From positions 1,472,001 to 1,536,000 of the forward strand of contig OZ241986.1 of assembly GCA_965204375.1 (NCBI GenBank): a stretch of DNA of 64,000 nucleotides, written 5' to 3'. The translations under genes were made by a program, and so were the position numbers. This document shows, piece by piece, positions 1 through 10,089 of the stretch. How positions within the stretch are numbered: the stretch's first letter is position 1; each line of letters opens with the position of its first letter. Under the pieces are notes generated by a model, which did not search any database, was not told the DNA's origin, and worked only from the letters and a program-made list of their open reading frames with translations. The DNA comes from Candidatus Latescibacterota bacterium (GTDB lineage Bacteria; Latescibacterota; UBA2968).

Positions 1-9
1 GGAGGCCCT

Positions 10-456
10 ATGTCCAATTCATTACCTCAGGTGCTAATGCACAGTGCCCCAAGTTTATACGAGCATCTCGACGCATTTGCCCAGATTGTTGAGTCGGCCG
101 TTCGGATAGCTGGCGCTTCAGAAGATGAGCAAGTTGATCTGATGGTTGCAGTCATGGAAGCTCTCAATAATGCGATTGATCATGGCAATGGTGAAGATGC
201 CTCGAAGAAAGTACATCTCAAGATCGATATCCACCCCGCTTCCATTACGGTCTGGGTACAAGACGAGGGGGGAGGTTTTGATCCCAATGCCGCGCCTGAT
301 CCGCTTGCACCAGAAAATCTAATGAATGATTCTGGACGCGGGCTTTTGATGATGCGTGCGTTTATGGATGAGGTGGATTTTATGCCCTCTCAGAAGGGCA
401 CACTGGTAAAAATGATCAAGTATTTTTCCTCTAAGTCGTCACCATCTCACTGTTGA
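10..456 (+). CDS. RsbW-like anti-sigma factor / Ser-Thr kinase (HATPase_c_2)
   Basis: GHKL motifs EALNNAIDHG, VQDEGGGFDP, GRGLLMMRAFMDEV; GGAGG RBS at 1-5. Confidence 0.85.
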   Translation: MSNSLPQVLMHSAPSLYEHLDAFAQIVESAVRIAGASEDEQVDLMVAVMEALNNAIDHGNGEDASKKVHLKIDIHPASITVWVQDEGGGFDPNAAPDPLAPENLMNDSGRGLLMMRAFMDEVDFMPSQKGTLVKMIKYFSSKSSPSHC

Positions 457-466
457 GGAGGATGCC

Positions 467-781
467 ATGCAAATTGTCATTTCTGGACATCACTACCATG
501 TCTCGGACAGCACGCGTACCCATATTGAAGCTGCTGTCTCTCGGTTTGAGCGATTTTACAAGCCAGTGCTGGGTTGTCATGTCACCATTACAAAAGAGGG
601 ACCTGCATTTCGCGTTGATATTATTGTCAATGTGCACGGACAAACCCTCAAAGCTTCCAACACTGGTAGTAAGCTCTATCCCGTTATTGATGGTTCGGCA
701 AAGAAGATGATCCGACAATTAAAGAAACTTCGCGACCGACGTAGAAAACCTCGCGTTATTTCCGGTCTAAGTGAGGTATAA
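467..781 (+). CDS. hpf: Ribosome hibernation promoting factor (HPF/RaiA)
   Basis: MQIVISGHH start, LYPVIDGSAKKMIRQLKK helix; adjacent to hprK. Confidence 0.85.
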   Translation: MQIVISGHHYHVSDSTRTHIEAAVSRFERFYKPVLGCHVTITKEGPAFRVDIIVNVHGQTLKASNTGSKLYPVIDGSAKKMIRQLKKLRDRRRKPRVISGLSEV

Positions 782-784
782 GCC

Positions 785-1753
785 GTGCCACAGATTTCAA
801 TTGGCAAGATGTTAGAGGATTATGGCGACCAACTCTCGCTTTCGTCCGTTGCTGGAGAGGAGGGGATTGGCAATACACTATCTACCAGCGATGTCCACCG
901 GCCCGGTCTCGCACTTGCGGGTTTTCTCGGGCTTTTTACTTTTGACCGCGTTCAGGTTATGGGCAATACGGAGATGCTCTATCTATCGAGCCTTGCCCCC
1001 GATGTTTGTCGCGAGACCCTTGAAACCATTTTTCAGTTTGATATTCCCTGTATGGTTATCACTGATGGGAATGAAGTGCTGCCGGTTATGGTCGAATTGT
1101 CCAATTCGCGGCACATTCCCTTGCTGACCACGCCGTTTGCGACCACCAAGTTTGCCCACCTTTTTTCTTATTATCTCGACGATGTGTTTGCACCGCGCAC
1201 AGCCATTCACGGTTCACTGGTCGATGTGTATGGCATTGGGCTGTTATTTGTCGGTGCAAGTGGAATTGGAAAAAGTGAGATTGCCGTTGATCTGGTTGAG
1301 CGCGGACACCGATTGGTCGCGGATGACGTCGTACTCGTGTCGCGCAAGTTACAAGGCATAGTTGTAGGTAGTAGTGGGGAAACACTGCGCGATCATATAG
1401 AAATACGCGGTCTGGGCATTTTGAATGTTCGGAATATGTTTGGCGTGCGTGCCGTTCGTATGCAGAAGCGCATTGAGGTTGTTGTCAAGCTCATTAAATG
1501 GGATGAAACCGCGGCGTACGATCGCATTGGACTCGATGAGGATTGGGTCTCGATTCTCGACCTCGAGGTGCCGCAGGTTACAGTGCCGATCTATCCGGGA
1601 AAAAATATTACGGTGATTGCTGAGACGATTGCTCTGAATTATCAACTCAAAATACAGGGCTATCACACGGCGCAAGAATTCAATCGTCGCCTTGTTGAGC
1701 GCATGAAGAACAAAATCCGGGACGATATGTCTATTCGCGCGGATATCGAGTAA
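785..1753 (+). CDS. hprK: HPr(Ser) kinase/phosphorylase
   Basis: HRPGLALAG, Walker A GASGIGKSE, GHRLVADD, EIRGLGI. Confidence 0.97.
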   Translation: MPQISIGKMLEDYGDQLSLSSVAGEEGIGNTLSTSDVHRPGLALAGFLGLFTFDRVQVMGNTEMLYLSSLAPDVCRETLETIFQFDIPCMVITDGNEVLPVMVELSNSRHIPLLTTPFATTKFAHLFSYYLDDVFAPRTAIHGSLVDVYGIGLLFVGASGIGKSEIAVDLVERGHRLVADDVVLVSRKLQGIVVGSSGETLRDHIEIRGLGILNVRNMFGVRAVRMQKRIEVVVKLIKWDETAAYDRIGLDEDWVSILDLEVPQVTVPIYPGKNITVIAETIALNYQLKIQGYHTAQEFNRRLVERMKNKIRDDMSIRADIE

Positions 1754-1767
1754 TTATGGAGGCATAA

Positions 1768-2694
1768 ATGAAATTAAAGTGCGTTGTCTTATTGTTGTTT
1801 GGGTTCGTGGGGTGCGGGGGACACAGTGCTTTGGAAAGCGATGCCCAGCGCATGCTGGCTTCTGTTCGGGATCTGGAAGAAGAATTGGATGATTTGCCGC
1901 AGGCGATTGCGCGGTATGGAGAAATCTCAGCGCAATTCCCACATACTGAGGCGGAAAAAACAGCGCGCGCGCGGCGGGCGATGCTCGAGCAGGTACAGGC
2001 TCGTCTGGCGAATCGAGAAGCTATTCCTAAAGACAGTATAGTGGTATTTTACGAGGGTGTGGTCGAAATCGCGCCCGATTATTTTGCCGCGTTGAAGAAG
2101 CTCGGTACCAATTACAGTAATCAAATACATCTTATCACGCGTTTTGCCGCCAATACAGGGGCGGTGCAGATAAAAAAACAGGCCATAGGAATATGGGAGA
2201 AGCAGGATAGTCTGTGGTCGCGCTACACCTTTCGCCCCATTCCATCAAATCGTTTCTGGCAGGATCAGTTGTGCAAGGACGCGCTGAATATTACAGAGAT
2301 GTTAATTGCTAAGTCTTTTCGAGAGTACAACCGCGCGCAGAGTATCATCAATAAGGGATTGGGTTATGCTTCGGGCGAGGATGTGATTTCACGAGCCAAA
2401 GTCTATGCAGCCTATTGCGCGTTTTGGCAGGGCAAAGCAGAAGATTTCCAGCAGGGCGTCGCACTGGCAAGAGAGGCTTTGAGCTATGAATTTTTATCGG
2501 ATAATGACCGCGCGCGCGCCTATCATGTTATTGGTCTTTGTTATGCGTATATTTATCAGGATACAGAAGACATGGCCCATCTCGATGAGGCGATAAGAGC
2601 ACTCAATGAAGCCGTAAACATCGATGGGAATATGGGCGAGGCAAAGCTATTGCTCAAAGAGTTGCGACAACAGCGAGGAAGGGTAGCGTCTTGA
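1768..2694 (+). CDS. Hypothetical lipoprotein with TPR-like helices
   Basis: Lipobox-like LLLFGFVGC; C-terminal ARAYHVIGLCYAYIY / EAIRALNEAVNID TPR-like repeats. Confidence 0.6.
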   Translation: MKLKCVVLLLFGFVGCGGHSALESDAQRMLASVRDLEEELDDLPQAIARYGEISAQFPHTEAEKTARARRAMLEQVQARLANREAIPKDSIVVFYEGVVEIAPDYFAALKKLGTNYSNQIHLITRFAANTGAVQIKKQAIGIWEKQDSLWSRYTFRPIPSNRFWQDQLCKDALNITEMLIAKSFREYNRAQSIINKGLGYASGEDVISRAKVYAAYCAFWQGKAEDFQQGVALAREALSYEFLSDNDRARAYHVIGLCYAYIYQDTEDMAHLDEAIRALNEAVNIDGNMGEAKLLLKELRQQRGRVAS

Positions 2695-2698
2695 GATT

Positions 2699-4006
2699 AT
2701 GAAAAAAATTGTTTGTAAATTTGGCGGTTCATCGGTTGCTGATGCCACACAGGTCGAGAAGGTAGTGTCTATTGTGCGGAGCGATGAACGCCGTTGTTTT
2801 GTCGTGCCTTCTGCGCCGGGTAAACGGTCTGATGAGGATACAAAAATTACTGATTTGCTCTATTTGTGCCACGAACTCGCACGACAAAATGTCGATTTTT
2901 CGGAGCCTTTTAACAAAATTAGTACGCGTTATTTGGATCTCTCAAAGGCTCTTGGTGCGTCGGTTGATATGGAGAGACTGCTCGCTGAAGTCGAGAGCAA
3001 GATTGCGGATGGCGCGGGGCGAGATTATGTGGCGGCGCGCGGCGAGTATTTGTGCGGGCATATTTTAGCCGATGTTTTGGGTGCAGTGTTTATCGATCCA
3101 GCCGAGGCGATTCTCTTTCGAGCTGATGGACGTCTCGATAGCGATTCATATCGGCGACTGAGGGCGCATCTTTCAGATGAACAACTCTATGTTATTCCGG
3201 GATTTTACGGCGCGGATGCAGAGGGTGAGATCGTGACATTTTCTCGCGGTGGGTCGGATATTACCGGTGCGATTGTCGCTCGCGCAGTTGGGGCAGAAGT
3301 GTACGAAAACTGGACGGATGTGTCCGGATTGCTCATGGCCGATCCCCGCATGGTGCCCAATCCATTGCCCGTGGAGGAAATTACGTATCGAGAAATGCGC
3401 GAGTTGGCCTATATGGGAGCCGATGTTTTTCACGATGAGGCGATGTTTCCAGTGCGCGCGGCTGAAATCCCTATTCACATACGCAATACCAATCAACCAG
3501 AGGATGCTGGCACGCTGATTTTGCCGAGCCGAGAGCTTACAGAGCGCCTGATTGCCGGGGTTGCGGGGCGTCCCAATTTTAGTATGTTGTTTATTGAAAA
3601 AGATCTGATGAATCAGACAACGGGGTTTGGGCAGCGGGTCCTGGAGGTAGTCGCACGACACGGGATCAGTTATGATCACACGCCGTCGGGCATCGATACA
3701 ATGTCGGTGATTATACAGGATGAGCAATTGGACGGCAAGGGCGAACTGCTCGTCGAAGATATTCAACGCATTATCGAGCCTGATCGCGTCGAACTGATCC
3801 ATGGACTTGCGCTGATTGCGACGGTTGGCGAGGGGATGTCGCACAGGGTTGGCATTGCTGCGCGTCTGTTTACTGCGCTGGCAGATGCAGGTGTGAATGT
3901 ACGGGTGATTGACCAGGGGGCTTCAGAGATCAATATTATTGTGGGGGTCGAAGAAGCCGATCTCGAGACAGCACTGGTCGCTATTTATCGCGCTTTTGTA
4001 AAATAA
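2699..4006 (+). CDS. lysC: Aspartate kinase
   Basis: KFGGSSVAD, VVPSAPGKR, FSRGGSDITG, YENWTDVSG, two C-terminal ACT domains. Confidence 0.95.
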   Translation: MKKIVCKFGGSSVADATQVEKVVSIVRSDERRCFVVPSAPGKRSDEDTKITDLLYLCHELARQNVDFSEPFNKISTRYLDLSKALGASVDMERLLAEVESKIADGAGRDYVAARGEYLCGHILADVLGAVFIDPAEAILFRADGRLDSDSYRRLRAHLSDEQLYVIPGFYGADAEGEIVTFSRGGSDITGAIVARAVGAEVYENWTDVSGLLMADPRMVPNPLPVEEITYREMRELAYMGADVFHDEAMFPVRAAEIPIHIRNTNQPEDAGTLILPSRELTERLIAGVAGRPNFSMLFIEKDLMNQTTGFGQRVLEVVARHGISYDHTPSGIDTMSVIIQDEQLDGKGELLVEDIQRIIEPDRVELIHGLALIATVGEGMSHRVGIAARLFTALADAGVNVRVIDQGASEINIIVGVEEADLETALVAIYRAFVK

Positions 4007-4025
4007 AAAAACTGGGGAGGGATTC

Positions 4026-5075
4026 ATGAAGATTCTCGTGACGGGATCACACGGAAGGGTAGGGGGCAATCTGGTCAGACGTTTGCTCGACAAGGGCCAC
4101 GACATACGCGGCTTTGTCTATCCCGGCGATGCCAGCCGGGCGGGTAAATGGGAAGGCATTGATGAAGTCGAGGTCGTAGAAGGCGACTTGCGCGATTACG
4201 AGGCCGTATCTCAGGCGGTTGAGGGTGTGGATGCCATATACCACCTCGCCGCGGCTTTTGCAAGCCCGCATAGTCATATCGAATATTTGCAGATTAATGG
4301 GCTGGGCACACTGCATTTACTCGAAGCTGTGCGCGAGAAAGTCCCCAATTTGCAGCGTTTTGTCTATGCATGCACAGAAGCGATATACTGGAAGGTTGAA
4401 GAGGCCGGGCGTTTGTTTGAGCAGCCGATTTCCGAAGATATGGTCAGCGCGACTAAAGCGATGCCCTATTTTTTGACCAAGTGGATCGGCGAAGAATTGG
4501 TGATGAATTACCACGTTCAATACGGCGTTCCGAGCGTTGTGTGTCGGTTTGCGACCATTTTTGAACCGAGCGAATTTTTGACCGAAGACGGCGTTCCCAA
4601 ATTTTGCTCCCTCAGACCTCCGCTCGAACGGTTGCAACGCCAGAAAAACCCCACAGATGAACAGAGGGCGCAACTCGCATCTATGGGAAAAGCCTGGAAA
4701 GATGGCGCGCGGGTTCTGGTTAGCAGGTGCCCCGATGGCAGGAGTTTTAAGCAGGAATGGGCAGATGTGCGGGATATCGCCCTGGGCCTTTCTCTGAGTT
4801 TGGAGCGCGATGAAGCCGTGGGCGAGGCATTTACCCTGGGCGGAATGCTCATCGTGTGGGAAGACGATGTTCCAAAAGTTGCCGATTATCTCGACGTAGG
4901 CTATACAGAAGCGACCATGCCTGCGCCGAATTTTTTTGAATTTGATCGGACGAAAACGCAAAATTTGCTCGGTTATCACGCCGAGCACGACTTGTGGAGC
5001 ACGCTGAATACGGCTCTGGCGATGCAAGAGGGCAAAGAGACAGATGTTGTCCCCACAGGTGTGAGATACGGATGA
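4026..5075 (+). CDS. NAD-dependent epimerase/dehydratase (extended SDR)
   Basis: ILVTGSHGRVG Rossmann motif; YFLTK (YxxxK). Confidence 0.85.
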   Translation: MKILVTGSHGRVGGNLVRRLLDKGHDIRGFVYPGDASRAGKWEGIDEVEVVEGDLRDYEAVSQAVEGVDAIYHLAAAFASPHSHIEYLQINGLGTLHLLEAVREKVPNLQRFVYACTEAIYWKVEEAGRLFEQPISEDMVSATKAMPYFLTKWIGEELVMNYHVQYGVPSVVCRFATIFEPSEFLTEDGVPKFCSLRPPLERLQRQKNPTDEQRAQLASMGKAWKDGARVLVSRCPDGRSFKQEWADVRDIALGLSLSLERDEAVGEAFTLGGMLIVWEDDVPKVADYLDVGYTEATMPAPNFFEFDRTKTQNLLGYHAEHDLWSTLNTALAMQEGKETDVVPTGVRYG

Positions 5076-5176
5076 AGCCGCACATAATGGGGGTTGACGG
5101 CTTGCCGCATAACCTCAAAGGCGGAGGTTGAAGTTGGCGGTGACATATCAACTCGAACGTTGACGGAAGGAAAGTT

Positions 5177-6724
5177 TTGCAAACACATGAAGGATTACAT
5201 AATAGGGAGTATCGCAAGCTATTCGGTTTAGATATTTACCTGACACCAGTGTTTGTGATTTCCGGTATTACCATTATTGCATTTGTCACTGGCGCACTTG
5301 TTTTTCAGGAAGCCGCGACGGAAGGGTTCAAAAATATCCGTGAGTGGCTCACTGGGAATCTCGATTGGTTTTTTCTCATTGCTGCCAATCTCGTCGTGCT
5401 CTTTTGTTTTTATGTGGCACTATCGCCCCTTGGAAAGGTGCGTCTGGGGGGCGCGAATGCAAAGCCAGAATACACCTATTTAACCTGGCTTGCCATGCTC
5501 TTTGCGGCTGGCGTGGGCATAGGTCTGCTGTTTTTCGGGGTGGCGGAACCGGTGTACTACTTTAAGGAGCCACCACTCGGTATTACGCCCAGAACAGAGG
5601 AGGCCGTTGCTGTCGGCATAGCGGCGACGGTTTTCCACTGGGGGCTGCACGGTTGGGCGATCTATGGCGTCGTTGGACTCGCTCTGGGATACTTTGCGTA
5701 CAATCGGGGGTTGCCTCTCACGATTCGCTCGGCGTTCTATCCCTTATTTGGCGACCGCGTCTGGGGTTGGCCCGGACACATTATCGATACCTTCGCGATA
5801 TTTGCAGGATTGTTTGGGCTTGCGACCTCCCTCGGCCTGGGGGTTCAGCAAGTGACGTCCGGATTAAACTATCTGTTTGATATTCCAGCGAGTAACACCA
5901 CTATGGTGGTGCTGATTGTTGGAATCACTTCCATCGCGCTTATCTCAGTGGTGACGGGTATTAATGTCGGTATTAAGCGTTTGAGCCAATTCAATATCAT
6001 TCTCGCGTTTTTGCTGCTGTTGGCTGTGATATCGCTCGGTCCAACGCTATACATTTTTCGCAGTATTTTCGCTGGCTTTGGTAGTTATTTCGCCCAGATT
6101 GTACCGCTCAGCAATTGGATTGGGAGAGAGGATGTCGCCTTCGTGCGAGACTGGACGACTTTCTACTGGGCGTGGTGGTTTGCCTGGGCACCGTTTGTCG
6201 GCACATTCATCGCTCGCATTTCAAAGGGGCGCACAGTGCGCGAATTTGTCGTTTTTGTGCTCCTGTTGCCAATGCTTTTATGCCTGCTGTGGTTCGGTAC
6301 TTTTAGCGGTACGGCGTTTTATCAGCATATTGTTGAGGGCTATACCGGTGTAACCGAAAATGTCGAGGCGTGGAAGCTCGAAATAGCATTGTTCAAAATG
6401 TTTGATAAGTTGCCGATGGCGACACTGCTTTCATCTGTGGCGATGCTGCTGACCGTCGTGTTTTTCGTTACTTCTTCGGATTCAGGATCGCTGATTATTG
6501 ACACGATTGCAGCCGGTGGCAGGATTGACGCGCCAGTTGCACAACGCGTTTTCTGGTGTACGATTGAAGGATTGGTCGCCATAGCACTCCTGCTCGGCGG
6601 AGGCTTGAGTGCGTTGCAGGCTGCCTCGCTCGTAACCGGCTTTCCGTTCGCTATAGTGCTATTGGGAATGGCTGTTTGCGTGTGGATGGGGCTTCGCGGG
6701 GAAGTGCGCGAATCGCGTGGATGA
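5177..6724 (+). CDS. BCCT family (betaine/carnitine/choline) transporter
   Basis: WLAMLFAAGVGIG, FHWGLHGWAIY, FYWAWWFAWAPFVGTFIARISKGRTVREF, FFVTSSDSG; TTG start uncertain. Confidence 0.95.
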   Translation: MQTHEGLHNREYRKLFGLDIYLTPVFVISGITIIAFVTGALVFQEAATEGFKNIREWLTGNLDWFFLIAANLVVLFCFYVALSPLGKVRLGGANAKPEYTYLTWLAMLFAAGVGIGLLFFGVAEPVYYFKEPPLGITPRTEEAVAVGIAATVFHWGLHGWAIYGVVGLALGYFAYNRGLPLTIRSAFYPLFGDRVWGWPGHIIDTFAIFAGLFGLATSLGLGVQQVTSGLNYLFDIPASNTTMVVLIVGITSIALISVVTGINVGIKRLSQFNIILAFLLLLAVISLGPTLYIFRSIFAGFGSYFAQIVPLSNWIGREDVAFVRDWTTFYWAWWFAWAPFVGTFIARISKGRTVREFVVFVLLLPMLLCLLWFGTFSGTAFYQHIVEGYTGVTENVEAWKLEIALFKMFDKLPMATLLSSVAMLLTVVFFVTSSDSGSLIIDTIAAGGRIDAPVAQRVFWCTIEGLVAIALLLGGGLSALQAASLVTGFPFAIVLLGMAVCVWMGLRGEVRESRG

Positions 6725-6756
6725 GAGGATTAAGCATCTCAACATTTTTAAAGAAT

Positions 6757-6785
6757 TTGACATTGAGAGAATTCCAACATATTTT
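6757..6785 (+). promoter_or_regulatory. Putative sigma-70-type promoter of the TonB-dependent receptor
   Basis: TTGACA-N17-TATTTT. Confidence 0.45.
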
Positions 6786-6892
6786 TTGTGAATGTAAACG
6801 TTATATATCAGCATCTAACCTGGTAAGTCTCTAACTCCGCAAACTATCCGAAGTATTGCGGTACGGTTGAAACAATAAAAAGGGGAGGACCT

Positions 6893-9800
6893 ATGGCATT
6901 CTTGAGCAGGTTTATTTCGATTCTGGCATGTGCATTATTGCTTTCTGGCGTGGTCCAGGCGCAATCTGTTGGAACTGTTACTGGCACAGTGACCGATGCT
7001 GCAAGCGGCGAGAAATTGGAGGCGGTACAGGTCCATATTCCGGCCCTGAAACTGGGTGTAGTGTCGGACGAGCAAGGCCGCTTTACTATCCCAAATGTTC
7101 CTTCTGGCGCGCACGAACTGAGAGCCGATCTGATCGGTTATTCGAGCGCGACATCGGTTATTACTGTGACGGCAGGAGAGACAGTGACGGTTGCGCTGCT
7201 GATGAATCCCTCCGCGCTGTACCTGGATGAAGTGGTGGTGACGGGTACGGCGTTTAAGGAGGCGCCCATCAGTATGACGTATGCGGTCGCTGTAGTTGGA
7301 CGAGAAAAGATGGCAGAACAGGGGTCTCCACAGGCGGTTGATTTTTTTAAGAATCTGGGGGCGAGCCACGGCGTGATCGGCGAGCGAAGCAGTTGGTACA
7401 ATGCGAGTCAGGCTGGTACCCTTACGGAGAGCATTGCCAATGTGAACCTGCGCGGACTGGGGGCTTCGCGGACGCTGGTGTTGATCAATAGCCGCCGACA
7501 GACCTATGTCCCGGCGCGCTTGATCGGTGGGCGCTTTGTCGATGTCAATGTTATTCCCTCTATCGCCATTGACCGGATCGAAGTACTCAAGGAGGGGGCC
7601 TCGGCCATCTATGGATCGGATGCAGTGGCTGGCGTTGCCAATTTTTTGACCCGATCTGATTTCGAGGGTTTTGAAGTCTCAGGCGCGCACGAGTATTTCG
7701 AAGGCGCTGGCGATACAAATATAGGCGCGATATGGGGTAAAAAACTCGACGATGGAACTCATGCGGTTATTTCTGCGGAATGGATGGGACGCCAAGCGTT
7801 ACCGGTCTCGGAGAGGGACTACCTGTTGCAGCCGTGGCACGGTGGCGGGCAACGCCTCGGATGGTCGAGTTTGGGGAATCCCGGCACCTTTGCCATTGGT
7901 GCGCCAGCTCCGTGGACCGCTGCCATCCACGCTCCCCGATGTGAGGAATTTGGCGGTTTCCGGGAATCCTGGACATGCCGTTTCCGCTATCAGCAGTATG
8001 AGAATCTGGTCGAAAAAATGAGCCATATCCGTGTTTTTGCTGAGCTCAATGGTTCTCTGGACAATGGTACGGATTATCACGTGGAGTACCTGTGGGCCGA
8101 GGCCGAGATTCCCAATTGGTACACGACGCCTTCGTATCCGCCGTTCCCACTGACGGATACGAGCATTATGGAAGTCGCGCCCGACCACCCGGGGCGGCAA
8201 GCATTTTGCGAGGATTACGGTGCAAATCCCGGCGATCTGTATTACGACGCCTGTCGGGGCGGCGAGAACTGGTATTTCAATGGGCGGCCCTTTGGAAACT
8301 CTGGTCCCGGACGTATTTTGAGCCGTCAATCGAATACTTTGCGCATGGCGGCTTCGGCAAATGGCGATTTTAAGGCGTTCGGCGGTCGAGATGCCCATTT
8401 TGACCTGGGTCTCTCTTATTCGCGCACTGCGGGCAATTACAATTTGCCGGGGGTGTACATTGAGCGGTTATTCCTCGGCTTCCGCGGTTTTGGGGGACCA
8501 AATTGCGGTGTTGGTGTGGTGGCAGATCCGACGTCTCTGGCAGGGATGCGACTCGGACGGATCTACGACCAGGTAGCAGGGCAGGGCAACTGCGAGTATT
8601 ACAACCCCTTCGGCAATGCCATAGAGTTCACGGATCAACATGGCTCGAATTTTGAGAACTCGCCGAATCCCGGTTATCGCCCCGATCTTGCGAATAGTCC
8701 CGAATTGCGGGAGTGGCTCGCCAATCAGGAAGTTGATCTACAAAGTACTTCAGATATGCTGGTCGCCGATGCGACGCTGACGGGAACATGGACAGAGAAC
8801 GTCTGGCTCAATGCGAGTTATGCCGCCGGATATCAGTTTCGCAAGCTCAGTGCTACTGGCGATCCAAACGATCCGGGTGATGTGACCATCAATCCATGTC
8901 CGGTTCCGGGAGATAAGGGTTGCTCAGAGGAAGATAAGTTTGGTCCCTATGCGTTCACGAATGTGAATCGGCCGTACTCCGAAGACCAGACAGTACACCG
9001 CTTTTTTGGTGAAATTCCCCTGAGTATGGGAGAGCGCGTTGATGTGCAACTCGCCGCGAACTACGAGTTCCACGATGTGGCGAGCAGTTTTGATCCCAAG
9101 TTCGGCTGGCGCGTGCAGCTTTCGCAATCCCCAGCCCATTCCCTGTTTATGCGCGGCTCAGTGCAGACGACATTTCGCACGCCATCACTGGACGATGTAA
9201 ATGAAAGTCCGTTATCGACACTCGAGTGGATTAACCAGACGGGGGCGTACCAGACAGTCGATAGAATCGGGAGCAAGGACCTCAAACCCGAACAGGCATT
9301 TACCTATAATGCGGGTCTCGCGCTGGTGACAGAGGCTGGATTTGAAGCAACTTTCGACTATTGGAGTTACGATTTCAGCGATGTCATCGGTGCTATGCCA
9401 CACGGGAGAATTACCGACTTATATGCCGAAGAAGCCAATAAGAATGCCCTGAAGCAATTCATTGTCTGTCCGGATGGGGTAGGCACGGGCACATGCGCGG
9501 CCTCAGAACTCGAGCGGGTGAGAGTTGATATCGTCAACTGGCCCGGGGTCAAGACTTCGGGTATCGATGTGCATCTGGGCACGCGGATGCCAGCGGGTAC
9601 AGGGCAATTCGCGGCCAGTCTGGATGGCACTTATACGCTGTCGTATGAGACAAAGGCTCTGATGCATGGCAATTTGATACTTCAGGATGCGGCAGACGCC
9701 GCGGGGTACCTGAATTTTGGCAATCCCATTGCGACTTCGCTTCCCAAGTTGAAAGGGCGGGTATCGGCGGGCTATCACTGGAAGACTTATAGTTTGGTGA

Positions 9801-10081
9801 GTTATGTGAATTATATTTCGTCTTATGAGGACCGGGGGTCAATGGGGTCCGATAATGATACTATTAGAAACTTATTCGGTACTATTGACTCGTTTGTCAC
9901 ATGGGACGTGAGTTTCCTATGGAATGTGTCCAGGGGGGTGAACATCGCCTTCTCCGGAATGAATCTGCTTGGTACCAGACCACCACTGGTGAATATCGAG
10001 CAAGCCTACGATGGTTTCACGCACGATCCCAAAGAGCGGCGGTTGAAGCTGGGCCTTACATATCAATTCGAGAGTTTCTAA
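6893..10081 (+). CDS. TonB-dependent receptor with N-terminal carboxypeptidase-regulatory-like domain
   Basis: Signal peptide, LDEVVVTG TonB box, plug NLRGLGASRTLVLIN...IDRIEVLKEGASAIYGSDAVAGVANF, C-terminal beta strand. Confidence 0.95.
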   Translation: MAFLSRFISILACALLLSGVVQAQSVGTVTGTVTDAASGEKLEAVQVHIPALKLGVVSDEQGRFTIPNVPSGAHELRADLIGYSSATSVITVTAGETVTVALLMNPSALYLDEVVVTGTAFKEAPISMTYAVAVVGREKMAEQGSPQAVDFFKNLGASHGVIGERSSWYNASQAGTLTESIANVNLRGLGASRTLVLINSRRQTYVPARLIGGRFVDVNVIPSIAIDRIEVLKEGASAIYGSDAVAGVANFLTRSDFEGFEVSGAHEYFEGAGDTNIGAIWGKKLDDGTHAVISAEWMGRQALPVSERDYLLQPWHGGGQRLGWSSLGNPGTFAIGAPAPWTAAIHAPRCEEFGGFRESWTCRFRYQQYENLVEKMSHIRVFAELNGSLDNGTDYHVEYLWAEAEIPNWYTTPSYPPFPLTDTSIMEVAPDHPGRQAFCEDYGANPGDLYYDACRGGENWYFNGRPFGNSGPGRILSRQSNTLRMAASANGDFKAFGGRDAHFDLGLSYSRTAGNYNLPGVYIERLFLGFRGFGGPNCGVGVVADPTSLAGMRLGRIYDQVAGQGNCEYYNPFGNAIEFTDQHGSNFENSPNPGYRPDLANSPELREWLANQEVDLQSTSDMLVADATLTGTWTENVWLNASYAAGYQFRKLSATGDPNDPGDVTINPCPVPGDKGCSEEDKFGPYAFTNVNRPYSEDQTVHRFFGEIPLSMGERVDVQLAANYEFHDVASSFDPKFGWRVQLSQSPAHSLFMRGSVQTTFRTPSLDDVNESPLSTLEWINQTGAYQTVDRIGSKDLKPEQAFTYNAGLALVTEAGFEATFDYWSYDFSDVIGAMPHGRITDLYAEEANKNALKQFIVCPDGVGTGTCAASELERVRVDIVNWPGVKTSGIDVHLGTRMPAGTGQFAASLDGTYTLSYETKALMHGNLILQDAADAAGYLNFGNPIATSLPKLKGRVSAGYHWKTYSLVSYVNYISSYEDRGSMGSDNDTIRNLFGTIDSFVTWDVSFLWNVSRGVNIAFSGMNLLGTRPPLVNIEQAYDGFTHDPKERRLKLGLTYQFESF

Positions 10082-10089
10082 TACAAAAA

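Noticed and set aside
5076-5176. Possible riboswitch or leader peptide before the BCCT gene
   Set aside because: Only a short AACCTC/GAGGTT stem, with no recognisable aptamer or terminator.
9901-10089. N-terminal extensions in the ORF track (9901, 12289, 12337, 51217, 59057, 61316)
   Set aside because: They overlap upstream genes, a riboswitch or terminators; downstream ATGs with RBSs or family-typical N-termini fit better.
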